64,000 nt of DNA from Gnetum montanum (lineage: Eukaryota; Plantae; Gnetophyta), in NCBI GenBank assembly GCA_015680685.1, contig MNCI01000161.1, positions 12,744-76,743 of the forward strand. The letters run 5' to 3'. Position 1 is the first letter of the stretch, and the number at the start of each line of letters is the position of its first letter. The notes below the pieces were generated by a model that was not told where the DNA came from, made no database searches, and was given only the letters and a program-made list of their open reading frames with translations. The position numbers were made by a program, and so were the translations under genes. This document shows, piece after piece, positions 41,350 to 53,489 of the stretch.

Positions 41350-41734
41350 ATAATATAGTGAAGGATGAATAGTCAATGATAGCTATAGCTTCAACCAACT
41401 TGGTGTAGTAGTCAATCATTACAATAATATATGCCTTACCATTGGACATGGGATTGATGGATCCCATGAAGTTAATACCCCAAAGCTCAAAAGAATCTAG
41501 TGGTTGGATCCACTACTAGGTCCCCTCTATTCATATGATTATTCATCCAACTCTTTGGTAGTGCTCACATGAATAGGAAAAATGATGATCATCCTTGAAT
41601 ATTTTCAACCAAAAGTATCCTTCCATGAAGATTTTCATAGCAATCCTTCTCCATGCATAATGGCCATGCAAGAACCTTCATGAGCATCCTACAGGATCTA
41701 TAATTGATCAGCATCGAGCACACAACATCATACC
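41350..41734 (-). pseudogene. Athila/Tat-type integrase fragment (target of the Tat insertion)
   Basis: DAHEGSC.GHYA...GYFW..IFKD...CEHYQR...FELWGINFMG...YIIVMIDYYTKLVEAIA. Cut off by the LTR at 41735. Confidence 0.8.
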
Positions 41735-43755
41735 TGTAACGACGGAAAATGTTGATTGCTGGAAATACCGAATGGGAGTCCATGTACACAGTTCTAACCC
41801 TAGATCCATGCAAGGGCCGTGCTAGAGAAGACAAATCTGAGGTGTCCTGAATGGTCTTGTCAATCAGACAAGGACTTATTTGATCATTAAAACCTTTGTA
41901 ATAATCGGATGGCAAAAGGGTGATCCCAACGAGGATATATAATGTCGTTAATCCCAAAAGTAATTGAAAGTGATGTAAATGATTTAAAGCAATTGCAAAA
42001 TCTATATAAATAGGACACTAGAAATCAGATTTATAGAGAATGTAATCCCAAGATCTGGGATTTAACTTATGAACAAAGTATGTTGAATACAATGATTACA
42101 GGTGGACTTTGGTTTGGATGAAGCACATGCCAACAGCAAGAATGTTATTTAAAGATGAAACAAGCAAAGGTCCATCTACCTTGTTCTAGCCAATTTGGGC
42201 ACCAGGAATTTAGACTCGAGGTAGAATATCTGTTAGCCGATTATTTCTGACCAAGGGTTCTTGCCAATCACCTCCAATGTTCTCACGATCGTTGATCCTC
42301 TTTTGCTTTCTTGCTAATCTTGAAAGAAATTTTTTTTTTTGCCAACCTCCTTCTTTTGATCTTTGTCAACTAGAGCATTTATAAGGTTAGGGTCAGGAGA
42401 AAAATGTGGTTTAGATGATGTGTGTCCCAAACTTATAGAATGTCGTTGACTTGATGTGTTTGTGCTTCAGGTTTGCGGTGCCACGCTGCATTACGCTCTT
42501 GAAGCATAATACATCGTAAACCACTTTTGTTGGAGTTTTGGCAACAAACTGTTCTTTGTTTATGTTGCAATATGCTAAAGAGCGTATTGCGATGTATGAA
42601 CCACTGATGCTTGAATTGTTCTCTCTCTATCATTGCTTGTATTATGCTGCATCATGCTATATTATGCTGCATAGCGTAATTCAGCGTAAAATAGCAAACC
42701 TGCAAAAGATTGAAGTGTTGTCGCCGCACTTCCTTTGTTTCTGATCAATCCTTCCNNNNNNNNNNNNNNNNNNNNNNNNNNNNNNNNNNNNNNNNNNNNN
42801 NNNNNNNNNNNNNNNNNNNNNNNNNNNNNNNNNNNNNNNNNNNNNNNNNNNNNNNNNNNNNNNNNNNNNNNNNNNNNNNNNNNNNNNNNNNNNNNNNNNN
42901 NNNNNNNNNNNNNNNNNNNNNNNNNNNNNNNNNNNNNNNNNNNNNNNNNNNNNNNNNNNNNNNNNNNNNNNNNNNNNNNNNNNNNNNNNNNNNNNNNNNN
43001 NNNNNNNNNNNNNNNNNNNNNNNNNNNNNNNNNNNNNNNNNNNNNNNNNNNNNNNNNNNNNNNNNNNNNNNNNNNNNNNNNNNNNNNNNNNNNNNNNNNN
43101 NNNNNNNNNNNNNNNNNNNNNNNNNNNNNNNNNNNNNNNNNNNNNNNNNNNNNNNNNNNNNNNNNNNNNNNNNNNNNNNNNNNNNNNNNAAACACTAGAG
43201 AAGTAAAGGCACCGACAGCATCCATCAGCAACTGCTCAAATGTCACTCTGTCAAACTTGGAAGTGCAAAGGTAGGGGGAAGAAAGCATAGGAGGGATTTT
43301 TCAAGAGTGAGAAGAGGAGGTTCGGGGAAGATTCAAGCATGTGAACATGAACCTTTCACGAACAAGTCATTAGGCATCTTTTCACGAGTGTAGTTGTGAG
43401 AAGTTACGCCGCCACACTGTATATGAAGGGCTTGCATGGACAAGTTGTGTTATGCCCGCATGGCCTGGATGAGTTTTTTTTTTCAATTACATTCCACTAG
43501 GCGAGTTGCATTACGCTAGTTCATGGACATGATGATGTGAAAGAATTTGACTGAATGTTCACACTCTGTACAAACAAAGAAGAGGGTAAAGGTGATCATA
43601 AAGATAAGGGAAGGGGGAAGCGAAGTAAGGTATCTGATGGAGGGAGAGGTAGGGTTTGCACTCCCAAGTAGCCAGGCTAGTTTGAATAGCAACTTCAGGA
43701 TGCTGCGACACCTCACCTTCTAACGAACGCATTCTCGATCAATGTTGTCGTAACA
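41735..43755 (-). repeat. 3' LTR of the Tat element (contains an assembly gap; inner end at 43710 or 43755)
   Basis: 41735-42640 aligns with 57595-58499. The terminal repeat TGTAACGAC...GTCGTAACA supports 43755. A purine tract before TGTCGCAG supports 43710. Confidence 0.8.
42756..43189. other. Assembly gap
   Basis: Run of N. Confidence 1.
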
Positions 43756-44319
43756 AGTAACCTGCAAAACATAATAGAGAACAAAGAGTAAAAGCAATCG
43801 TCCTAATCGCTAGGCGATGGGCGAGGTTGTTGAAACAAGCACCATCCGAAGCAAAAAGGAGCACGAAGGCCATGAAAGAGGGACCGTAGCAAGGAGCAAG
43901 GGTCCCAATGTTGATGCCACAGTTCAGGCAACTGTCATCGACAGCCAGATTCATCTTGCTCTATTGATTCGGCAAAGAACTAGTCAAGTGAACCTGCTAA
44001 GCCAAAATTTGGAAGCAGCGATGGATGGAGGCCACCAAGACTATGGATGACCATAGTTTCTTCAGGATCCCAAGAGGCGAAGTTGATCCCAGGAGCTGTA
44101 ACTATAGAGTGACTATCGTAGCAACACCTTCGAGGGATCAGTAGCATGCCTTTTGGCATATCCGAGGAATCAGTAGAATGCCAGTGGGGTAGCAGCATTG
44201 CGTCTATTCCAATGCCTTACCCATTCCATCTGGTAGGAATGTAGTGCAAGAGTGATCATGCTCTCTTGCTTCATGGATTGTCCATTGAAAAATTCTAGTT
44301 TTGAGTCCTGGTTGACTGT

Positions 44320-44660
44320 TGTTGCTGGTTTTAAGCCTTAGCAAGCCGTGGTCCCAGTTTAAAGTCTAGGCAGACTGAAACCTGCTAGTTTTACGTCGTA
44401 GCGGATGGTGGAAGAGCTAGTTTATGGTCCTAGCAGACTGTGTTGTGGGTGTCAATTTTATGTCATGACCCAGGGACAAGTCTATGCTAGTTTACCATCT
44501 CAACCAACGTATGCTTACCTTGCCAGTTTCACGTCATGGCGGATGGTCAGAAACTCTGCCAGTTTAGCATCTTGACGGACGCATGCAAGAAATGCCAGTT
44601 CTACGTCGTAGCAGACGTGTACAACTTTGCTAGTTTTATGTCATAGTGGATGTTTGTTAC
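44320..44660. repeat. Degenerate tandem repeat in the Tat 3' UTR
   Basis: Recurrent (C/G)CCAGTTT.ACGTCGTAGC(G/A)GA motif at about 30-60 bp spacing. Confidence 0.65.
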
Positions 44661-44685
44661 CTTTACGCTTGAGCCGAGTCAGCAT

Positions 44686-47600
44686 TTAGATGTAGTACCG
44701 CTTTAGATACAGATGATTCACTGGATTCGGGTGTTCGCTGCCATCGATATCTGCTAACTTGAATGCTTCATTGCCATATGCGTCGACGACCAAGAAAGGG
44801 CCTTTCCATTTTGTAGATAATTTGCCTACTGGTTCGAAAATGGCCTTGAGAACTAAGTCTCCTTTCTTGATTTGTCATTGATGCAGATTGTGCCGATGCT
44901 TCCGTCTTTGTTTATCCTGATATCTTTCAATGGTGTCAACCGTCTGGATGCACTTCTCCTCCACTGAGTCTAAATCCATGATCCTAGACTCATTGTGTTG
45001 AGTCTCATTTATAACTGTGGAGAGGACCATCTACAATGAGGGGATCTACAATTCCAAGGACAAAACTACTTTGGATCCATAGACTAGGCTATAGGGTGTC
45101 CTGTCTGTAGCTGTTTTGCATGTCGTACGATACGCCCATAGCACATAGAGGATTTTCTCTTTCCATCACTTTTTGTTGCTACTGAGCATCTTTTTCAACA
45201 AGTTGATGACCACTTTGTTCATTGCCTCTGCTTGACCATTTGCTTGCGGGTAATAGGGTGAAGAAAAAGATTGCTTGATACCAAGATTATCGCAAAAAGA
45301 TTTGATTTCCGTACTACTAAATTGTGGCCTGTTGTTAGTCATAATAGTCATAGGGAGCCCAAACCTGGTTACTATGTTTTCTAAGATGAAATGGAAAACT
45401 TGTTGGGATGTAATTTTTCATATGGGGATAGCCTCAACCCACTTCGTGAAGTACTTAGTGGTGGTGATAATGAAGCTATGTCCCATGGAAGATTTAGGTG
45501 TAATGGAACCTATGATATCTAGTCCCCATCGTTGGAATGGCCAAGTAATCTGTGTAGTGTGTAACTCGGTTGGTGACACGTGTATTAAGTTTGCATAACA
45601 CTAGCATGTGTCACATATCTTAACCTTAGTAAGGTAGTCTTTTTCCATATATGGCCAATAGTACCCTAGGTGTCTGATTTTAGCGACCATAGCTCACGGG
45701 GCTACATGTCCTCCACACAGCCCCTCGTGGACTTTGCTAACTATTCGTTGTGCCTAGTCATTATTAACGCAAGTTAGAAATACTCCATCGAAAGAGCGTC
45801 TACAGAGAGTACTGTCTCCGATGATGACATATTGCCTGTCACGCTTGCATACTACATCTTTTTGCGCATGTGTTAGCTCATGCGGTGGTTCACCATGCAG
45901 AAGGTAAGTCTTAATATTGTCGTACCATTCTGGCGTTCCTCCCATGTTTAACGAAGAGATTTGCACTTCTTGAATGACAGGGTCTATACATTCCATCATT
46001 AAAGTAGGCCAAGTGGCAAACTAGTGTGGTAGCACGTTTAATGCTAGTGTGGCTAGTGCATCGGCTACGGCGTTTTTGTTATGTGGCACGTGTTGGGCAT
46101 CAGTTGTCATGAATTGCTTCAGGAGATCTTTAGCCATATCACAATAGGGCTGCAAATGCATAGCTTTTCAGGCATAGACTCCTGTGATTTGATTGATGAA
46201 AATCATCGAATCACCTCGAATTGCCAAGTGTTGGACGTTGAGTTCTTTGGCTGTCAGTAGTCCCCTAAGAAGCCCCTTGTACTCTACCACATTGTTCATA
46301 TAGGGGAAAGATAGGTAGTAAGCTAATGGATGAACATCCTCAGAGGAAAGCATAATAATGACAGCAGCACTGCCACCTCTGGTAGTCAAAGCTCCATCAA
46401 AGTACAACGTCACTTTGAGGCCTGTTAATACAGGGCTTAAACTATGTACATGTTCATCCAAAAATTCTGGCTCTATCGTAGCTTGATCATGAACAGGCAA
46501 TGTTGCAAGCTGGTCAGCTATAGCTTGACCTTTAGTGGACGATTGGCCAACATAATATAAATCAAATTCAGATATGATAGCCTTCCAGCAAGCTATCCTA
46601 CTACTCTCATACAAGTTGTTTGAGATAGCTCGCAGAACATTATTTTTGCAAATTATGTTAACTTGGCTGCGGAAAAGATAGTGTCTACATTTCTTAAGTG
46701 TGAAAACCAATGTCAAATAGTTACGCTCCACTTCATTGTACCTCGTTTCGTACGCAAATTGAGCATGACTTAGATAATAGATAGGGGCTTCTGACCCATC
46801 GTTCCTTTTTTGGCAAAGTAACGCAGCTATAGACATGTCTGAGTTCGCTAAATAAATGTAAAAAGGTTGATCCCTTTGTGGTGGGAAAACTATTGGTAAG
46901 TGTTGCAGCTCCTTCTTCAAGTTGTCAAATGCATGCTAGCAGTCGTTGGTCCATTCAAAATTAACACCCTTATTAAGAAGATGTTGCATAGGATGTAATT
47001 TATCTATTAATCTCGAAATGAACCGCCTGATAAATTGTAGTCTGCCTTGTAACCCACGTAGTTCCCTGAGGCTTGTAGATGGCGTTAAATCAATGATGGC
47101 TTTAACCTTGTCGAGGTCGACTTGAATGCCAGTCTCTGATACCATGAACCCCAACATGCATCCAGTTCTAACTCCGAATATGCATTTCTTTAGGTTAAGC
47201 CTTAAGTCATGCTTAAGACATCGTTTAAGGACTAACTCTAGGTCTTCTGAATCATCCTCTGACTTTACAGACTTGATAGCTATGTCATCTACATAGTCGT
47301 TCAATCTCCCTAAGAGGTAATCGCTAAAGATGTATGTCATGGCTCGTTGATACGTTGCTCCAAAAATTTTTAGTCTAAAGGACATCATAGTGTAACAGAA
47401 AGTCCCCCAGGGCATCATGAATGTTGTGGTCAGTTGATGCTCCAGATTAATATGAATCTGATTATAACCTAAAAAAACATCCATAAAGGCTAGAAGCGCG
47501 TGACCAGCTATTGTGTCGATCAATTGATCGATACTCGGTAATGGGAAATTGTCCTTAATCATGGCTTTGTTCAGATCCTGGAAGTCTATGCAAATGCATA

Positions 47601-48141
47601 TTCCTCCCATTTTCTTAAAGACCACTACAATGTTTGACACCCAGTTTGAGTAATCGACCACGTGGATGAAACTAGCGTGATGCAGCTTGGTGATTTTGTT
47701 ACGCACTATTAGCACGATTTCTGGCTTAATCTTTCGTGCCTTCTATCTAATTGCTTTGACTCGTGGGTCTAAAACTATGTTATGTTATATTAATCTTGGG
47801 TATAATATTGGCATGTCTTCATATGACCATACAAATATAGCAGCGTTGTTTTGGAGCACTTGCATTATGCCACTCTACATTTGTTGGTCTAGGAAGGAAC
47901 TAACCCTAAGAGTTTTACTTTCACCTTTGTGCATAACCATAGGGATCTCGTTGAGAGGGTCCTCAGTCACATCACTAGCCTCCAGGTCTAGAGTTCGGGC
48001 CAGATGTTCTAGCCAGTTTGGGGATATTTTCGATGTTGCTATGGTTGCGTCACAAAGGGAAGGGTCTGTTCCTATTAGCATATGATTGAGTTGTTCTAAG
48101 GCTAGGGGTGTGAATAAAGCTACATCCATTTGCAAATTTCC
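44686..48141 (-). pseudogene. pol: Tat pol: RT, RNase H, additional (archaeal-type) RNase H, integrase; disrupted
   Basis: FVWSYEDMP; CIDFQDLNKA..KDNFPLP; GYNQI; YVDD; PIYYLS RH; LYFDGA...NNVVEY..L..GL..A...IRGDS aRH; HEGLCGGH, WGLDIIG, SSPYYPQANGQAEA INT; KWKGPF. Confidence 0.95.
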
Positions 48142-48690
48142 CTGCAAAGCCACCAAAAATGGAAGTTGTTACATTATTTTTTGCTGATTTGTTGAAATGA
48201 TAAAAGTTTACCTTATTTGCGTTAGAGTTGCATATTAGAAAAGCTTCCAGTTTAAGGTCTTAGTGGACCGTTACAAATATGCACAGTCTATGAGAAGATG
48301 GCGAGAAGATGAAAGATGTAACATGGCATGTCTAGCGTACCGGAGTAAGGAATTTAAATTTTTGTACAGACTATAGTTAATGTCAGCCAGATTACAAGGT
48401 GACAAGCTATGGATTAGTTTAGGGTCATTTTGGACCGCAGTTCATACAATATCTACGAAATTAATGCCCTAATCTTAGTGTTTCATGTCATACTGACACT
48501 AACATTTTGGGAAAGTTCCGCATCAATCGGGCATAAAAATCAGTTAGTTTCAAGCAATTTCGTTTATAAACCAGTGGTTCATGCTCAAAGCAGGTCATAG
48601 TTATCGCAAACCTGAATCTAGCTATAGGAGAAAGGGAGTAGAAGCGAGGCGTAAACAGACGATTTCACGAAGATTTGCTCAATTGCAGCT

Positions 48691-51600
48691 ATGGCACCAA
48701 AGATCAGAGGAAAGAATGCCAAATTGGCGAGGATTGATGAAGTGCAAGAGAGTTTGCAACGAGATTCACAGGCTAGAGTTGAGGCTCGGGAGGTTACTCC
48801 GCTTAATTGGTAAGTCGCCTTTCATCCTCTTATACTATTGTTATCTTTGTTACAGTGTTGCAGTTGTATTTATTTTGAATGCATGTTACATTGGGCATTA
48901 ATATCTGTTTACATAGACTAAGCTATTGTAGTTTGTTGCATTACCTTTGTCTTCGCTGTTCGAGACAAACCCTGTGTTGTCACAAGGGTTTAGGTAACGT
49001 TGAGCAATACTGTGCAAACGTAGTGTATAATCGAAAAGTCTAGGTATTGTATCTATTTGTAGCATTATTAGGGTTTTGTTTTTGTTTTCTTTTATCACTC
49101 TTAATAGTTGCATATTACACTAGAGTAATACGCAGTGTTTTTTTCATTTCCATTGTTAGAGACAGACCTTGAGCTATTGCAAGGGTTTGGGTGATGTTGG
49201 CTATGCGTTTCCAGTATAATCTACAATATTCTAGGAATCAAGAGAACCCTAATGTCATGTATGAATTTCTATGTCTAAATGATGTGTCTAATAGTAATGC
49301 ATTTTTATTGTACAGTATTATGCTAAAGCCCATCCTAATCGTTTTGGACATCATGGGCATTCTATGCTACTCTCATGTTCCCACAGCCAATGTTCCTCCT
49401 CCTCATGCTCGCATAAAGGAGGAGGCGGTATGGTTCCGAAGAGGTGCGCAAGAGTTCTTGCAGTTTTTGCTTCATAATTTTAGTGTCATCATCTGGTCGC
49501 ATCTACCAGGTGATGTAGTTGCTACTACTTTAGAGATGCTACTAGTTGGTCCAACGCAGAGCATTTTGATGTTCCTGACAGACAGCATGATTGAAACTGT
49601 GTGGATGCAAGACTGTGAACAGAGCACCAAAGGTTTGAGGCATTTGAGCTAGATCTAGGAGATGCCCAGGTTTAACTGTTATCATGCCTACAACACTCTG
49701 TTCGTGGCTCATCATCTCACAACCTACTTCTAGAATCTGCCTGGCATCGTGTATTATGCAAGCGGGTAAGTTTTTTTGTTTCTTTTTGCGGTGTTGCAGT
49801 ATGCTAACTACTATTTAAATTTGTATTGAGCGTAAATAATTTACCTATCCTATGTTGTGTAGATTTTTCATTAATGACAATGGTCTCTTGGGAAATAATG
49901 ATACATTGTCATTGACCGAAAGGTCTATAAGGGAATTTACTTCCATCAGCAACGTACAGGCCAGTGTCATGGGATACCCTACTATGCCAAATTCTTTTTC
50001 AAATGTAAAAGACTTGGATGGTTGGATAGGGAATCAACTTTGGATCCTCTCCTCACCGTCGCAGATGTGCAAAGGAAAATCCCTCCATTTTGTCTTTGCC
50101 ATTCAGGCTTGGTAAAATTTATTATAATGATCAATGGTATCAATGTTATTAGCTGGGAATGATGTATGAAGTTGTCTCATTTTGCCTTAACTATCGTTTA
50201 ATGTTGGCAGTTAGGGAATCACAGGAAATCACAATTATGGCCTCTAGTCGCGAGGCAAACAATCTCTTCTTCTGTTATGGTGATATAAAGGAAACACAAC
50301 GTTGGCTTGGCCATAGAGCAACCCTAGTTGTATTAACCAATAACCTTCAGGAGGCTGGACTGATGGACCTATTTTTGGCCATAACCCCCGATGTCACCAC
50401 GGGTGAAATGTTGACCCTAGTCAACTCCTTCAGTGAAGAAGCTAAGCATCTCTGCATATGCGTGCGTAATGTGCATGTAAATTTTGACATCGACACTCAG
50501 CTATTCACCGATCTCTTTGGGGTCCCCTCCGATGGCTTTCCTATAGAGGAAAAGTCAAAGAGGAGTTCCAAGTACCAACAAGAGATAGAGAAGTGGCTCG
50601 GGGTTAAAAAAGAAGTTAAGGGAATCCCTGATGACAAGATCGAGTTGGAGGTGGCCAACACTATTTACCCCTTTTTTCAAGCCTGGGCCTTCCCCAAGAC
50701 ACTCTTCCAAGGAAGATTCCTTACCATAGAGTAGGCCCAAATTATGTGAGAGGTCATGGAGGAGGGGACATAGTTCAATTGGGCCAGCTATTTTGCTGAA
50801 GGCCTGCACGTTGAAATGGTTAGGCTTCGCAAGAATCTTGAGACTTGTTTCAATGTGCATTTTGCCTTCTTCATAGCTTGCTTCTGGCATTTTTCCAAGT
50901 TTTTAGTAGTCCAAAGGAATGGGGTCTAGGTGTAGCAAGACTGTAGCCAGATTTCCAAACTATGGATTTCCCACGTTATCGCACTATCTAGTCGCAAGAC
51001 CCTCCTGAAGGAATCAGGGAGTCATTGTTCATAACAACTAAAAATATGATGGTGCCTCGAATGTGGGGTCAAGACAGTGTGGATGGGGCACTCCCCTCCT
51101 ACATTGGTGATGTGTCGAGGGGGAAGTTCTTGGAAACTAAAATAGTGGACTCGTCGGTGCAATGGAAGAAGCCTCATTTGACCGAGGAGTCTGTCGAGCC
51201 AGCAGGTAGTGTGGGGCAGAAGATGCAAGTCAGGTTTCAGAGGAGTAATCCTCTAGCCAATAAGTAGATAAATGTGCTAATAATTATGGTTATGTTGCAT
51301 ATAGATGTTGTTGCGTTGCGTAATGTTTATTGAACTAGAGTGAAATCCTATCTTAACTGATGATGTTGTGTGGCAGCAAAGGAGAAGGTTGTGGAGCGTT
51401 TAACCACTAAAACAGGGGCCATAGTTTTGTAGTGCAAGGAAGGGGCCTCGACCTTGGAAGAAGAGGCTCCAATCAATAAGGTGAGTAGTGCATAGGTTCC
51501 CACCCATGAAAAGGAAGTAGCAGTGGAGGATGCCGAAGTCCTTTCGGCTGGGACGAGAAGAGGTATGTGATTTGTCACTCAGTGAGGTTAACTTTTACAG

Positions 51601-53061
51601 TGTACTAGACTCTAGAAAATTACTTCTAAATATTATACTGGTCATCGTAATGTCTCAGTTATGTCTTTATATGGAATTTGTTCTGTGTAATAGGTGACCA
51701 GGGCATACACTTGTCAACAGTGGCAACTTGATCTTGGGGTGAATTTCTTGATAAATTCACCTTTATGGAAGGCATTGTCCAAGATATGATCAGTCTCTTA
51801 AAGCGAATCAATCCTGAAGCCTGTACATTATGATCATTATGTAGAGGTTATTCCATTGTGGCATTACACTACCTAATTATGCCTAACTGCCATTTTATGT
51901 TATTAGGAGCTTTCCTCAGATGGGATCCATCAGAGCCCATTGATTTAGACGCCACCAAACCCCCATCGGAAGTGACCGTTGTGTCGTGCAACATTTATGA
52001 TAAGATGCGTAAATGTGTTATATGCTTGACTCGCTCCTTATGGGAATGTCAAAGTGTGAACGAAGATCTTTGGAAGAGACTACAAAGGTCAGAGAAGGAG
52101 AGGGTGGCTCTAAGTGATGAGGTTGGGGATTTAAGGTTGCGGAACGAATTCCTGCAGGCCTAGGGAATGGGCAGTGAGGATTAGTGGACAACTATTGTTA
52201 ACTATGCCCGTTACTGGACGGTCGTTAGGAACAGTGTCCAGACCAATCGTGAACTAGTCGAGCAGCAAATGCCAATGGATCTCCTAGCTCAGAAAAATCA
52301 AGACTGGAAAGACTTTAGCATGAGTGTGCAAGAATAGGGGTAGACGCAGAAAGACCATAAACATGTCTATAAGCAGGAATGCACTACCTATCGTCAACAT
52401 TACAGGGACTCTACCGTCGAGGCTCAGTCCCTTCAACTACTTCTTGACGTTATTAGTGCTTCCAACACATTTGAAAAGTTTTAGGAGCAAGTGATAGTAA
52501 GTGCCTCCCTAGAAAGGGAAATGACTCTTCCTGGGGGGGAGACAATTGTCCCTTCCTTCTTCCCTGAACCACCCCAATGGACTCCTATGGAGAAGGGGAA
52601 GGTCAAGGCCGAAACTAATCTAGGAGATGGAGTTTGGTCTGAGCTTACTGAGGATGAAATTATGCAACATCTATGGGTTGGCCTAGAACAAATTCCTTTT
52701 GCTACCAATGCAGGACCATCACATGTAAATTTTGGTGTTATTGTGCTTTCGTCATACCTAGTTTTGATGGCGATGTCAATATGCGTGTTATGTCTAATTG
52801 CAGGAACGACCCAAGGAGGTTCCTGAGCGGGATGAACATAATGAGGGTGACGGTCCTCATGAGGAGGGTCCATAGGAAACAAAGCATAATGGTGATGATT
52901 AGTATCGTGGCAAACAACCTCGTACAGAAGAGCCTGGCAGGGAGGGCCTCCTTCACGAAGAGATGCCACACGAAAAAGGTAGCCCCTATGAGGATGATTT
53001 GCTCAAAGTAGAGATGGAGCTGGGAGATATGGGCAATAGTGGGGACAAAGGTGATGCATAA
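48691..53061 (+). pseudogene. Antisense multi-exon accessory gene inside the Tat element: FCP1-like domain, plant-transposon accessory domain, coiled coil, acidic tail
   Basis: ATG at 48691 (MAPKIRGK). Phase-compatible GT-AG introns at 48810-49315 and 49766-49862. Further acceptors at 50210, 51376, 51693 and 51906 and a donor at 51563. Stop at 53059-53061. Where examined, the in-frame stops are TAG/TGA and look like decayed CAG, TGG or CGA. Confidence 0.8.
49316..49990 (+). pseudogene. FCP1/NIF-like HAD phosphatase domain of the Tat antisense gene (two exons)
   Basis: LIVLDIMGIL, WFRRGAQEFLQFLLHNFSVIIWS, VWMQDC, KGLRHLS*I*, NTLFV...NLP | FF.NDNGLLG...SNVQASV..YP. This parallels plant FCP1-homology proteins (LVLDLNGLL; RP...FL...F.V.IWS; W.Q..C; NT.L.DD.P; DVQ.FV...P). 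Confidence 0.8.
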
Positions 53062-53323
53062 CGTGGCTATATTAGCCACGATTTTATTGTGATGGAACAA
53101 AACAAAAGACAATATTTTCCTTTTTAACATTTTAATGCAAATTTGGTCTCAAGTTTAACATTCTTTTTTTGTTTTCATTTGTAAAGCGTAAATGGAATCA
53201 TAGGTTTTGGAACTATGATAAGCCACAGTTAGTTTAAGTGTACAGCATAAATGAAATTACTAGTTTAAAGCTGTTGTGGGCCGCTAAATGATTCAAATGT
53301 AAAACGGAAATAAAATCATTAGT

Positions 53324-53489
53324 TTAAGGCCATTTTGGGCCCTTGATAGTTTTAGGCCATTCCAGGCCTTTGATAGTTTTAGGCCATTTCAGGCCTTTGA
53401 TAGTGTTGGGCCATTCCAGGCCTTTTATAGTTTTAGGCCATTCCAAGCCTTTGATAGTTTTGGGCCGTTCCGGGCCTTTGATAGTTTTA
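53324..53489. repeat. 27-bp tandem repeat, about 6 copies
   Basis: Units of TTGATAGTTTTAGGCCATTCCAGGCCT. This is the source of the spurious IVLGHSRPL / PKTIKGLEW ORFs. Confidence 0.92.

Noticed and set aside
42662-43288. Long ORFs spanning N runs (also 60478-61225 and 63098-63543)
   Set aside because: Artefacts of translating assembly gaps.
52481-53130. Several overlapping ORFs with hydrophobic, membrane-like translations
   Set aside because: Alternative or opposite frames of the acidic 3' exon of the antisense gene; no independent support.
53324-53489. CRISPR-like array
   Set aside because: Units are contiguous with no unique spacers and no cas genes. It is a plain tandem repeat in a eukaryotic retroelement.
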